Source: the human T2T-CHM13v2.0 reference genome, Homo sapiens. Taken from it: a DNA stretch of 64,000 nucleotides. Positions within the stretch are counted from its first letter, which is position 1; every line of letters begins with the position of its first letter. The notes below the pieces were generated by a model, which made no database searches, was not told where the DNA came from, and saw nothing but the letters and a program-made list of their open reading frames with translations. This document shows positions 1 to 19,944 of the stretch, piece after piece. Location of the stretch: the NCBI GenBank assembly GCA_009914755.4, contig CP068257.2, positions 9,408,001 to 9,472,000 on the forward strand. Direction: 5' to 3'. The translations under genes and the position numbers were made by a program.

Positions 1-214
1 AGGCCCAAACCCCCAGGGCTCCTGTCCTCAGGACCTGCTTGAGCCGACTTCCACCAAGGGAGGGGGACCTTCAGGACGCCTGCTGTGTTCTCTGGACTCC
101 CGTTGAGATCCCATTCTGGCCCCCTCCGAGTGACATAGGATGGGCTCACCACATGTGGTCAGGCCGGCAGGGCCTCGCTGCAGCACACAATGACCCCATA
201 GGTCTCAAGGCCTA
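1..214. repeat. SST1-like monomer M0, partial 3' end of the preceding unit
   Basis: Matches the last ~214 bp of downstream monomers (ggcccaaacccccagggctcctgtcctcaggacctgcttgagccgacttccaccaagggaggggga...). Confidence 0.8.
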
Positions 215-533
215 GTGTCAGAGCAAACTCACTCATCCATCAGCCCTCTGCCTCCCTCCTCCTTTGAAAGAGCAGTGGCCTGCCCCGCTTGTAAAAGCCC
301 AGGGGTTCCGGAAAGCCGAACGCGCTTTACAGGACAACTGCAAAGAGGAACAGAGTCGAAACCCAGGGGGAGACCATGTGACCACGCGTGGCACTGGCCA
401 ATCCCACAGCACTTGGTGTTAATGTGTGTCACCGGAGGCATACGGGGCGACGGCGAAACGAAGGGTGGGGTCCAGTCATATGCCGGTGGAAGGGGGAAAC
501 GGGTGACATTTCCGTCAGTGCGAATGAAAATCA

Positions 534-1181
<648 letters not shown>

Positions 1182-1230
1182 CTAAGACAACAGTGGGAAC
1201 CACTGTGACGGGAGAAACCGCTGGCGCCTC

Positions 1231-1335
1231 ACGCATGCGCATTGGCTGAGCCGACTCACGCTCCACTCCTGACAGATAGGCTGCGTCCCCTTTAAATATC
1301 GCCACCGCCGCGCGGCGGCCGCGATGCTCCTGCTG
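1231..1335 (+). promoter_or_regulatory. Promoter-like module in monomer M1: NRF1-like palindrome, inverted CCAAT box, TATA-like box and CpG-rich start
   Basis: acGCATGCGC (1231-1240) is directly abutted by ATTGG (1241-1245). TTTAAATA lies at 1291-1298, about 50 bp downstream. The CpG-rich stretch cgccaccgccgcgcggcggccgcgATG follows (ATG at 1324). The arrangement resembles a CCAAT/TATA core promoter firing on the + strand. Confidence 0.45.
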
Positions 1336-1628
1336 CCGCCCCGGCGTCGGCTGTGTCCTGGGTCCTGCTTGGGGCGGCGTGGGAGCAGGGGCCGCGGGTG
1401 TCTCGTCGTGTCACAGGCCCAAACCCCCAGGGCTCCTGTTCTCAGGACCTGCTTGAGCCGATTTCCAGCGAGGGAGGGGGAGCTTCAGGACGCCTGCTGT
1501 GTGCTCCGGACTCCCGTTGAGATCCCATTCTGGCCCCCTCCGAGTGACATAGGATGGGCTCACCACATCTGCTCAGGCCGGCAGGGCCTCGCTGCAGCAC
1601 ACAATGACCCCATAGGTCTCAAGGCCTA

Positions 1629-3037
1629 GTGTCAGAGCAAATTCACTCATCCATCAGCCCTCTGCCTCCCTCCTCCTTTGAAACTGCAGTGGCCTGCCCC
1701 GCTTGTAAAAGCCCAGGGGTTCCGGAAAGCCGAACGCGCTTTACAGGACAACTGCAAAGAGGAACAGAGGCGAAACCCAGGGGGAGACCATGTGACCACG
1801 CGTGGCACTGGCCAATCCCACAGCAGTTGGTGTTAATGTATGTCACCGGAGGCATACGGGGCGACGGCGAAACGAAGGGTGGGGTCCAGGCATATGCCGG
1901 TGGAAGGGGCAAACGGGTGACATTTCCGTCAATGCCAAGGAAAATCAAACAACACCTGGGAACCGTGGGGTAGGGGGGCTTCCTGTGCCTGACCTAAGCC
2001 ACGTTTTCAAATGCCTACCAGAGGAGCAAAGAGGTTTCTGCCAATTTCGCAACACCCCCAATCCTCCACCGACCCGGTAGCCCTGACGCAACTTCGGCTG
2101 GCACAAACCCACAGAGAGTGGGAAAGAAACACACAGAGAGTGAGAGACAGAGAGAGAAGAGAGAATGGGAGACACACACACAGACACACACGCACACACA
2201 CGCAGAGTCATACAGCAGAGGCATTGAAACACACACTCCCAGGCAACCCCTGAGGATCCGGGGTTCTGCTCTGGAGGAGAACGACCCTCGGGTGAGAGAG
2301 CGGCCCAGGAGCACGCAGGCCGACCAGTCCTCGAGATCACTGACCGCGGCGCGACTTTTGGCGAGACTCACCCCAACAAACACCGTCCGTGCAGGCCTGA
2401 GGCTGGGATCCCGTGCTGCTTCCCCGGTCTCCACCTGGGGTTTCATCTTCATAGTCGGCCCTTTGCGACTGCTGGCATCAGAAGAGTTTCCCTTCGAGCC
2501 CGTGGAGAGGTGAGACCGGAGCCTCAGAGCCTCGATACCCAAGCACTGCCACGGAGGGCTCCTGCTCTGCAAAGCCTCGGGGACTGGTTTCTAAGACAAC
2601 GGTGGGAACCACTGTGACCGGAGAAACCGCTGGGGCCTCACGCATGCGCATTGGCTGAGCCGACTCACGCTCCACTCCTGACAGATAGGCTGCGTCCCCT
2701 TTAAATATCGCCACCGCCACGCGGCGGCCGCGATACTCCTGCTGCCGCCGCGGTAGCGGCTGTGTCCTGGGTCCTGTTTGGGGTGGCATGGGAGAGGGGA
2801 CCGCGGGTGTCTCGTCCTGTCCCAGGCCCAAACCCCCAGGGCTCCTGTCCTCAGGACCTGCTTGAGCCGACTTCCACCAAGGGAGGGGGAGCTTCAGGAC
2901 GCCTGCTGTGTGCTCCGGACTCCCGTTGAGATCCCATTCTGGCCCCCTCCGAGTGACATAGGATGGGCTCACCACATGTGATCAGGCCGGCAGGGCCTCG
3001 CTGCAGCACACAATGACCCCATAGGTCTCAAGGCCTA
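1629..3037. repeat. SST1-like monomer M2 (variant B)
   Basis: Unit motif at 1629; length 1409 bp. Confidence 0.85.
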
Positions 3038-4446
<1,409 letters not shown>

Positions 4447-5856
4447 GTGTCAGAGCAAATTCACTCATCCATCAGCCCTCTGCCTCCCTCCTCCTTTGAA
4501 AGAGCAGTGGACTACCCCGCTTGTAAAAGCCCAGGGGTTCCGGAAAGCCGACCGTGCTTAAAAGGACAACTGCAAAGAGGAAGAGAGGCGAAATCCAGGG
4601 GGAGACCATGTGACCACGCGTGGCACTGGCCAATCCCACAGCAGTTGGTGTTAACGTGTGACACCGGAGGCAAACGGGGCGACGGCAAAACGAAGGGTGG
4701 CGTCCATGCACGTGCCGGTGGAAGGGGGAAACGGGTGACATTTCCATCAATGCCAAGGAAAATCAAACAACACCTGGGACCCGGAGGGTGTGGGGGACCT
4801 CTGTGCCTGACCCAAGCCACGTTTTCAAATGCCTACCAGAGGAACAAAGATGTTTCTGCCAATTTCCCAACACCCCCAATCCTCCACCGACCTCGTAGCC
4901 CTGAAGCAACTTCGGCTGGCACAAACCCACAAAGAGTGGGAAAGAAACACACAGAGACTGAGAGACAGAGGGAGAAGAGAGAATGGGAGACAAACACACA
5001 GACACACACACACACACGCAGAGTCATACAGCACAGTCATTGAAACACACACCCCCAGGCAACCCCTGAGGCTCCGGGGTTCTGCTCTGGAGGAGAACGA
5101 CCCTCGGGTGAGAGAGCAGCCCAGGGGCACGCAGGCCGACCCGTCCTCGACATCACGGACAGCGGCGCGACTTTTGGCGAGACTCACCCCAACAAACACC
5201 GTCCGTGCAGGCCTGAGGCTAGGATCCCGGGCTGCTTCCCCGGTCTCCACCTGGGGTTTCATCTTCATAGTCGGCCCTTTGCGACTGCTGGCATCAGGAG
5301 AGTTTCCCTTCGAGCCCGTGGAGAGGTGAGACCGGAGCCTCAGAGCCTCGATACCCAAGCTCTGCCACGGAGAGCTCCTGCTCTGCAAAGCCTCGGGGAC
5401 TGGTTTCTAAGACAACCGTGGGAACCACTGTGACCGGAGAAACCGCTGGGGCCTCGCGCATGCGCATTGGCTGAGCCGACTCATGCTCCTCCCCTCCTGA
5501 CAGATAGGCTGCGTCCCCTTTAAATATCGCCACCGCCGCGCGGCGGCCGCGATGCTCCTGCTGCCGCCGCGGCGGCGACTGTGTCCTGGGTCCTGTTTGG
5601 GGCGGCATGGGAGAGGGGACCGCGGGTGTCTCGTCCTGTCCCAGGCCCAAACCCCCAGGGCTCCTGTCCTCAGGACCTGCTTGAGCCGACTTCCACCAAG
5701 GGAGGGGGAGCTTCAGGACGCCTGCTGTGTTCTCTGGACTCCCGTTGAGATCCCATTCTGGCCCCCTCGGAGTGACATAGGATGGGCTCACCACATGTGG
5801 TCAGGCCGGCAGGGCCTCGCTGCACCACACAATGACCCCAGAGGTCTCAAGGCCTA
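4447..5856. repeat. SST1-like monomer M4 (variant D)
   Basis: Unit motif at 4447; 1410 bp. Identical 198-aa translated string in M9 (11492..12088). Confidence 0.85.
5466..5560 (+). promoter_or_regulatory. Promoter-like module in monomer M4. The same module recurs in all 32 monomers about 1010-1110 bp after each unit start.
   Basis: GCGCATGCGC at 5466-5475, ATTGG at 5476-5480, TTTAAATA at 5519-5526, ATG at 5552. The same string (ctcgcgcatgcgcattggctgagccgactca...cccctttaaatatcgccaccgccgcgcggcggccgcgatgctcctgctgccgcc) is present in essentially every unit. Confidence 0.45.
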
Positions 5857-7263
5857 GTGTCAGAGCAAATTCACTCATCCATCAGCCCTCTGCCTCCCTC
5901 CTCCTTTGAAAGTGCAGTGGCCTGCCGCGCTTGTAAAAGCCCAGTCGTTCCGGAAAGCCGAACACGCTTTACAGGACAACTGCAAAGAGGAAAAGAGGCG
6001 AAACCCAGGGGGAGACCATGTGACCACGCGTGGCACTGGGTAATCCCACAGCAGTTGGTGTTAATGTGTGTCACCGGAGGCATACGGGGCGACGGCGAAA
6101 CGAAGGGTGGGGTCCAGGCATGTGCCGGTGGAAGGGGGAAACGGGTGACATTTCCGTCAGTGCCAAGGAAAATCAAACCACACCTGGGAACCGGGAGGTG
6201 GGGGTGCCGACTGTGCCTGACGCAAGCCACGTTTTCAAATGCCTACCAGAGGAGCAAAGAGGTTTCTGCCAATTTCGCAACACCCCCAATCCTCCACCGA
6301 CCTCGTAGCCCTGAAGCAACTTCGGCTGGCACAAACCCACAAAGAGTTGGAAAGAAACACACAGAGACTGAGAAACAGAGGGAGAAGAGAGAATGGGAGA
6401 CAAACACACAGACACACACACACACACGCAGAGTCATACAGCAGAGGCATTGAAACACACACCCCCAGGCAACCCCTGAGGATCCGGGGTTCTGCTCTGG
6501 AGGAGAACGACCCTCGGGTGAGAGAGCGGCCCAGGAGCACGCAGGCCGACCAGTCCTCGAGATCACTGACCGCGGCGCGACTTTTGGCGAGACTCACCCC
6601 AACCAACACCGTCCGTGCAGGCCTGAGGCTGGGATCCCGTGCTGCTTCCCCCGTCTCCACCTGGGGTTTCATCTTCATAGTCGGCCCTTTGCGACTGCTG
6701 GCATCAGGAGAGTTTCCCTTCGAGCCCGTGGAGAGGTGAGACCGGAGCCTCAGAGCCTCGATATCCAAGCACTGCCACGGAGGGCTCCTGCTCTGCAAAG
6801 CCTCGGGGACTGGTTTCTAAGACAAACGTGGGAACCACTGTGACCGGAGAAACCGCTGGGGCCTCACGCATGCGCATTGGCTGAGCCGACTCACGCTCCA
6901 CTCCTGACAGATAGGCTGCGTCCCCTTTAAATATCGCCACCGCCGCGCGGCGGCCGCGGTGCTCCTGCTGCCGCCCCGGCGTCGGCTGTGTCCTGGGTCC
7001 TGTTTGGGGCGGCGTGGGAGCGCGGGCCGCGGGTGTCTCGTCGTGTCACAGGCCCAAACCCCCAAGGCTCCTGTCCTCAGGACCTGCTTGAGCCGATTTC
7101 CAGCGAGGGAGGGGGAGCTTCAGGACGCCTGCTGTGTGCTCCGGACTCCCGTTGAGATCCCATTCTGGCCCCCTCCGAGTGACATAGGATGGGCTCACCA
7201 CATCTGTTCAGGCCGGCAGGGCCTCGCTGCAGCACACAATGACCCCATAGTTCTCAAGGCCTA
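5857..7263. repeat. SST1-like monomer M5 (variant E)
   Basis: Unit motif at 5857; 1407 bp. Identical 198-aa string in M7 (8676..9272), near-identical in M10. Confidence 0.85.
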
Positions 7264-8675
7264 GTGTCAGAGAAAATTCACCGATCCATCAGCCCTCTGC
7301 CTCCCTCCTCCTTTGAAAGAGCAGTGGCCTGCCCCGCTTGTAAAAGCCCACGGGTTCCGGAAAGCCAAACGCGCATTACAGGACAACTGCAAAGACGAAC
7401 AGAGGCGAAACCCAGGGGAAGACCATGTGACCACGCGTGGCACTGGTCAATCCCACAGCAGTTGGTGTTAATGTGTGTCACCGGAGGCATACGGGGCGAC
7501 GGCGAAACGAAGGGTGGGGTCCAGGCATATGCCGGTGGAAGGGGGAAACGGGTGACATTTCCGTCAACGCCAAGGAAAAACAAACAACACCTGGGAACCG
7601 TGGGGTAGGGGGGCCTCCTGTGCCTGACCCAAGCCACGTTTTCAAATGCCTACCAGAGGAGCAAAGAGGTTTCTGCCAATTTCGCAACACCCCCAATCCT
7701 CCACCGACCTGGTAGCCCTGACGCAACTTCGGCTGGTACAAACCCACAGAGAGTGGGAAAGAAACACACAGAGAGTGAGAGACAGAGAGAGAAGAGAGAA
7801 TGGGAGACACACACACAGACACACACACACACACACGCAGAGTCATACAGCACAGTCATTGAAACACACACCCCCAGGCAACCCCTGAGGCTCCGGGGTT
7901 CTGCTCTGGAGGAGAACGACCCTCGGGTGAGAGAGCAGCCCAGGGGCACGCAGGCCGACCCGTCCTCGACATCACGGACAGCGGCGCGACTTTTGGCGAG
8001 ACTCACCCCAACAAACACCGTCCGTGCAGGCCTGAGGCTAGGATCCCGGGCTGCTTCCCCGGTCTCCACCTGGGGTTTCATCTTCATAGTCGGCCCTTTG
8101 CGACTGCTGGCATCAGGAGAGTTTCCCTTCGAGCCCGTGGAGAGGTGAGACCGGAGCCTCAGAGCCTCGATACCCAAGCTCTGCCACGGAGAGCTCCTGC
8201 TCTGCAAAGCCTCGGGGACTGGTTTCTAAGACAACCGTGGGAACCACTGTGACCGGAGAAACCGCTGGGGCCTCGCGCATGCGCATTGGCTGAGCCGACT
8301 CATGCTCCTCCCCTCCTGACAGATAGGCTGCGTCCCCTTTAAATATCGCCACCGCCGCGCGGCGGCCGCGATGCTCCTGCTGCCGCCGCGGCGGCGACTG
8401 TGTCCTGGGTCCTGTTTGGGGCGGCATGGGAGAGGGGACCGCGGGTGTCTCGTCCTGTCCCAGGCCCAAACCCCCAGGGCTCCTGTCCTCAGGACCTGCT
8501 TGAGCCGACTTCCACCAAGGGAGGGGGAGCTTCAGGACGCCTGCTGTGTTCTCTGGACTCCCGTTGAGATCCCATTCTGGCCCCCTCGGAGTGACATAGG
8601 ATGGGCTCACCACATGTGGTCAGGCCGGCAGGGCCTCGCTGCACCACACAATGACCCCAGAGGTCTCAAGGCCTA
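7264..8675. repeat. SST1-like monomer M6 (variant F first half, D-type second half)
   Basis: Unit motif at 7264; 1412 bp. First half = M8 and M11. Second half (7840-8675) = M4 second half (ORFs 5294..5794 = 8113..8613). Confidence 0.85.
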
Positions 8676-10082
8676 GTGTCAGAGCAAATTCACTCATCCA
8701 TCAGCCCTCTGCCTCCCTCCTCCTTTGAAAGTGCAGTGGCCTGCCGCGCTTGTAAAAGCCCAGTCGTTCCGGAAAGCCGAACACGCTTTACAGGACAACT
8801 GCAAAGAGGAAAAGAGGCGAAACCCAGGGGGAGACCATGTGACCACGCGTGGCACTGGGTAATCCCACAGCAGTTGGTGTTAATGTGTGTCACCGGAGGC
8901 ATACGGGGCGACGGCGAAACGAAGGGTGGGGTCCAGGCATGTGCCGGTGGAAGGGGGAAACGGGTGACATTTCCGTCAGTGCCAAGGAAAATCAAACCAC
9001 ACCTGGGAACCGGGAGGTGGGGGTGCCGACTGTGCCTGACGCAAGCCACGTTTTCAAATGCCTACCAGAGGAGCAAAGAGGTTTCTGCCAATTTCGCAAC
9101 ACCCCCAATCCTCCACCGACCTCGTAGCCCTGAAGCAACTTCGGCTGGCACAAACCCACAAAGAGTTGGAAAGAAACACACAGAGACTGAGAAACAGAGG
9201 GAGAAGAGAGAATGGGAGACAAACACACAGACACACACACACACACGCAGAGTCATACAGCAGAGGCATTGAAACACACACCCCCAGGCAACCCCTGAGG
9301 ATCCGGGGTTCTGCTCTGGAGGAGAACGACCCTCGGGTGAGAGAGCGGCCCAGGAGCACGCAGGCCGACCAGTCCTCGAGATCACTGACCGCGGCGCGAC
9401 TTTTGGCGAGACTCACCCCAACCAACACCGTCCGTGCAGGCCTGAGGCTGGGATCCCGTGCTGCTTCCCCCGTCTCCACCTGGGGTTTCATCTTCATAGT
9501 CGGCCCTTTGCGACTGCTGGCATCAGGAGAGTTTCCCTTCGAGCCCGTGGAGAGGTGAGACCGGAGCCTCAGAGCCTCGATATCCAAGCACTGCCACGGA
9601 GGGCTCCTGCTCTGCAAAGCCTCGGGGACTGGTTTCTAAGACAAACGTGGGAACCACTGTGACCGGAGAAACCGCTGGGGCCTCACGCATGCGCATTGGC
9701 TGAGCCGACTCACGCTCCACTCCTGACAGATAGGCTGCGTCCCCTTTAAATATCGCCACCGCCGCGCGGCGGCCGCGGTGCTCCTGCTGCCGCCCCGGCG
9801 TCGGCTGTGTCCTGGGTCCTGTTTGGGGCGGCGTGGGAGCGCGGGCCGCGGGTGTCTCGTCGTGTCACAGGCCCAAACCCCCAAGGCTCCTGTCCTCAGG
9901 ACCTGCTTGAGCCGATTTCCAGCGAGGGAGGGGGAGCTTCAGGACGCCTGCTGTGTGCTCCGGACTCCCGTTGAGATCCCATTCTGGCCCCCTCCGAGTG
10001 ACATAGGATGGGCTCACCACATCTGTTCAGGCCGGCAGGGCCTCGCTGCAGCACACAATGACCCCATAGTTCTCAAGGCCTA
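8676..10082. repeat. SST1-like monomer M7 (variant E)
   Basis: Unit motif at 8676; 1407 bp. Identical to M5 at the translated-ORF level. Confidence 0.85.
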
Positions 10083-11491
<1,409 letters not shown>

Positions 11492-12901
11492 GTGTCAGAG
11501 CAAATTCACTCATCCATCAGCCCTCTGCCTCCCTCCTCCTTTGAAAGAGCAGTGGACTACCCCGCTTGTAAAAGCCCAGGGGTTCCGGAAAGCCGACCGT
11601 GCTTAAAAGGACAACTGCAAAGAGGAAGAGAGGCGAAATCCAGGGGGAGACCATGTGACCACGCGTGGCACTGGCCAATCCCACAGCAGTTGGTGTTAAC
11701 GTGTGACACCGGAGGCAAACGGGGCGACGGCAAAACGAAGGGTGGCGTCCATGCACGTGCCGGTGGAAGGGGGAAACGGGTGACATTTCCATCAATGCCA
11801 AGGAAAATCAAACAACACCTGGGACCCGGAGGGTGTGGGGGACCTCTGTGCCTGACCCAAGCCACGTTTTCAAATGCCTACCAGAGGAACAAAGATGTTT
11901 CTGCCAATTTCCCAACACCCCCAATCCTCCACCGACCTCGTAGCCCTGAAGCAACTTCGGCTGGCACAAACCCACAAAGAGTGGGAAAGAAACACACAGA
12001 GACTGAGAGACAGAGGGAGAAGAGAGAATGGGAGACAAACACACAGACACACACACACACACGCAGAGTCATACAGCACAGTCATTGAAACACACACCCC
12101 CAGGCAACCCCTGAGGCTCCGGGGTTCTGCTCTGGAGGAGAACGACCCTCGGGTGAGAGAGCAGCCCAGGGGCACGCAGGCCGACCCGTCCTCGAGATCA
12201 CGGACAGCGGCGCGACTTTTGGCGAGACTCACCCCAACAAACACCGTCCGTGCAGGCCTGAGGCTAGGATCCCGGGCTGCTTCCCCGGTCTCCACCTGGG
12301 GTTTCATCTTCATAGTCGGCCCTTTGCGACTGCTGGCATCAGGAGAGTTTCCCTTCGAGCCCGTGGAGAGGTGAGACCGGAGCCTCAGAGCCTCGATACC
12401 CAAGCTCTGCCACGGAGAGCTCCTGCTCTGCAAAGCCTCGGGGACTGGTTTCTAAGACAACCGTGGGAACCACTGTGACCGGAGAAACCGCTGGGGCCTC
12501 GCGCATGCGCATTGGCTGAGCCGACTCATGCTCCTCCACTCCTGACAGATAGGCTGCGTCCCCTTTAAATATCGCCACCGCCGCGCGGCGGCCGCGATGC
12601 TCCTGCTGCCGCCGCGGCGGCGACTGTGTCCTGGGTCCTGTTTGGGGCGGCATGGGAGAGGGGACCGCGGGTGTCTCGTCCTGTCCCAGGCCCAAACCCC
12701 CAGGGCTCCTGTCCTCAGGACCTGCTTGAGCCGACTTCCACCAAGGGAGGGGGAGCTTCAGGACGCCTGCTGTGTTCTCTGGACTCCCGTTGAGATCCCA
12801 TTCTGGCCCCCTCGGAGTGACATAGGATGGGCTCACCACATGTGGTCAGGCCGGCAGGGCCTCGCTGCAGCACACAATGACCCCAGAGGTCTCAAGGCCT
12901 A
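11492..12901. repeat. SST1-like monomer M9 (variant D)
   Basis: Unit motif at 11492; 1410 bp. = M4. Confidence 0.85.
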
Positions 12902-14308
12902 GTGTCAGAGCAAATTCACTCATCCATCAGCCCTCTGCCTCCCTCCTCCTTTGAAAGTGCAGTGGCCTGCCGCGCTTGTAAAAGCCCAGTCGTTCCGGAA
13001 AGCCGAACACGCTTTACAGGACAACTGCAAAGAGGAAAAGAGGCGAAACCCAGGGGGAGACCATGTGACCACGCGTGGCACTGGGTAATCCCACAGCAGT
13101 TGGTGTTAATGTGTGTCACCGGAGGCATACGGGGCGACGGCGAAACGAAGGGTGGGGTCCAGGCATGTGCCGGTGGAAGGGGGAAACGGGTGACATTTCC
13201 GTCAGTGCCAAGGAAAATCAAACCACACCTGGGAACCGGGAGGTGGGGGTGCCGACTGTGCCTGACCCAAGCCACGTTTTCAAATGCCTACCAGAGGAGC
13301 AAAGAGGTTTCTGCCAATTTCGCAACACCCCCAATCCTCCACCGACCTCGTAGCCCTGAAGCAACTTCGGCTGGCACAAACCCACAAAGAGTTGGAAAGA
13401 AACACACAGAGACTGAGAGACAGAGGGAGAAGAGAGAATGGGAGACAAACACACAGACACACACACACACACGCAGAGTCATACAGCAGAGGCATTGAAA
13501 CACACACCCCCAGGCAACCCCTGAGGATCCGGGGTTCTGCTCTGGAGGAGAACGACCCTCGGGTGAGAGAGCGGCCCAGGAGCACGCAGGCCGACCAGTC
13601 CTCGAGATCACTGACCGCGGCGCGACTTTTGGCGAGACTCACCCCAACCAACACCGTCCGTGCAGGCCTGAGGCTGGGATCCCGTGCTGCTTCCCCCGTC
13701 TCCACCTGGGGTTTCATCTTCATAGTCGGCCCTTTGCGACTGCTGGCATCAGGAGAGTTTCCCTTCGAGCCCGTGGAGAGGTGAGACCGGAGCCTCAGAG
13801 CCTCGATATCCAAGCACTGCCACGGAGGGCTCCTGCTCTGCAAAGCCTCAGGGACTGGTTTCTAAGACAAACGTGGGAACCACTGTGACCGGAGAAACCG
13901 CTGGGGCCTCACGCATGCGCATTGGCTGAGCCGACTCACGCTCCACTCCTGACAGATAGGCTGCGTCCCCTTTAAATATCGCCACCGCCGCGCGGCGGCC
14001 GCGGTGCTCCTGCTGCCGCCCCGGCGTCGGCTGTGTCCTGGGTCCTGTTTGGGGCGGCGTGGGAGCGCGGGCCGCGGGTGTCTCGTCGTGTCACAGGCCC
14101 AAACCCCCAAGGCTCCTGTCCTCAGGACCTGCTTGAGCCGATTTCCAGCGAGGGAGGGGGAGCTTCAGGACGCCTGCTGTGTGCTCCGGACTCCCGTTGA
14201 GATCCCATTCTGGCCCCCTCCGAGTGACATAGGATGGGCTCACCACATCTGTTCAGGCCGGCAGGGCCTCGCTGCAGCACACAATGACCCCATAGTTCTC
14301 AAGGCCTA
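12902..14308. repeat. SST1-like monomer M10 (variant E)
   Basis: Unit motif at 12902; 1407 bp. One aa difference from M5/M7 over 198 codons. Confidence 0.85.
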
Positions 14309-15717
<1,409 letters not shown>

Positions 15718-17123
15718 GTGTCAGAGCAAATTCACTCATCCATCAGCCCTCTGCCTCCCTCCTCCTTTGAAAGAGCAGTGGCCTACCCGCTTGTAAAAGC
15801 CCAGGGGTTCCGGAAAGCCGACCGTGCTTAAAAGGACAACTGCAAAGAGGAAGAGAGGCGAAATCCAGGGGGAGACCATGTGACCACGCGTGGCACTGGC
15901 CAATCCCACAGCAGTTGGTGTTAACGTGTGACACCGGAGGCAAACGGGGCGACGGCGAAACGAAGGGTGGGGTCCATGCACGTGCCGGTGGAAGGGGGAA
16001 ACGGGTGACCTTTCCGTCAATGCCAAGGAAAATCAAACAACACCTGGGACCCGGAGGGTGTGGGGGACGTCTGTGCCTGACCCAAGCCACGTTTTCAAAT
16101 GCCTACCAGAGGAACAAAGATGTTTCGGCCAATTTCGCAACACCCCCAATCCTCCACCGACCTCGTAGCCCTGAAGCAACTTCGGCTGGCACAAACCCAC
16201 AAAGAGTGGGAAAGAAACACACAGAGACTGAGAGATAGAGGGAGAAGAGAGAATGGGAGACAAACACACAGACACACACACACAGACGCAGAGTCATACA
16301 GCAGAGGCATTGAAACACACACTCCCAGGCAACCCCTGAGGATCCGGGGTTCTGCTCTGGAGGAGAACGACCCTCGGGTGAGAGAGCAGCCCAGGAGCAC
16401 GCAGGCCGACCCGTCCTCGAGATCACTGACCGCGGCGCGACTTTTGGCGAGATTCACCCTAACCAACACCGTCCGTGCAGGCCTGAGGCTGGGATCCCGT
16501 GCTGCTTCCCCGGTCTCCACCTGGGGTTTCATCTTCATAGTCGGCCCTTTGTGACTGCTGGCATCAGGAGAGTTTCCCTTCGAGCCCGTGGAGAGGTGAG
16601 ACCGGAGCCTCAGAGCCTCGATACCCAAGCACTGCCACGGAGGGCTCCTGCTCTGCAAAGCCTCGGGGACCGGTTTCTAAGACTACCGTGGGAACCACTG
16701 TGACCGGAGAAACCGCTGGGGCCTCGCACATGCGCATTGGCTAAGCCGACTCACGCTCCACTCCTGACAGATAGGCTGCGTCCCCTTTAAATATTGCCAC
16801 CGCCGCGCGGCGGCCGCGATGTTCCTGCAGCAGCCGCGGTGGCGGCTGTGTCCTAGGACCTGTTTGGGGTGGCATGGGAGAGGGGACCGCGGGTGTCTCG
16901 TCCTGTCCCAGGCCCAAACCCCCAGGGCTCCTGTCCTCAGGACCTGCTTGAGCCGACTTCCACCAAGGGAGGGGGAGCTTCAGGACGCCTGCTGTGTTCT
17001 CTGGACTCCCGTTGAGATCCCATTCTGGCCCCCTCCGAGTGACATAGGATGGGCTCACCACATGTGGTCAGGCCGGCAGGGCCTCGCTGCAGCACACAAT
17101 GACCCCATAGGTCTCAAGGCCTA
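15718..17123. repeat. SST1-like monomer M12 (variant D', carries 1-bp deletion cctacccgcttg)
   Basis: Unit motif at 15718; 1406 bp. = M15 (ORF 15915..16238 = 20142..20465; 16095..16658 = 20322..20885). Confidence 0.85.

Positions 17124-19944
<2,821 letters not shown>

Noticed and set aside
5343-5360. SstI sites (GAGCTC) as a diagnostic for the SST1 family
   Set aside because: GAGCTC is present only in a subset of monomers, for example cacggaGAGCTCctgctc in M4, M6 and M9. Others read cacggagggctc. It is therefore not a reliable per-monomer marker here and was not used as evidence.
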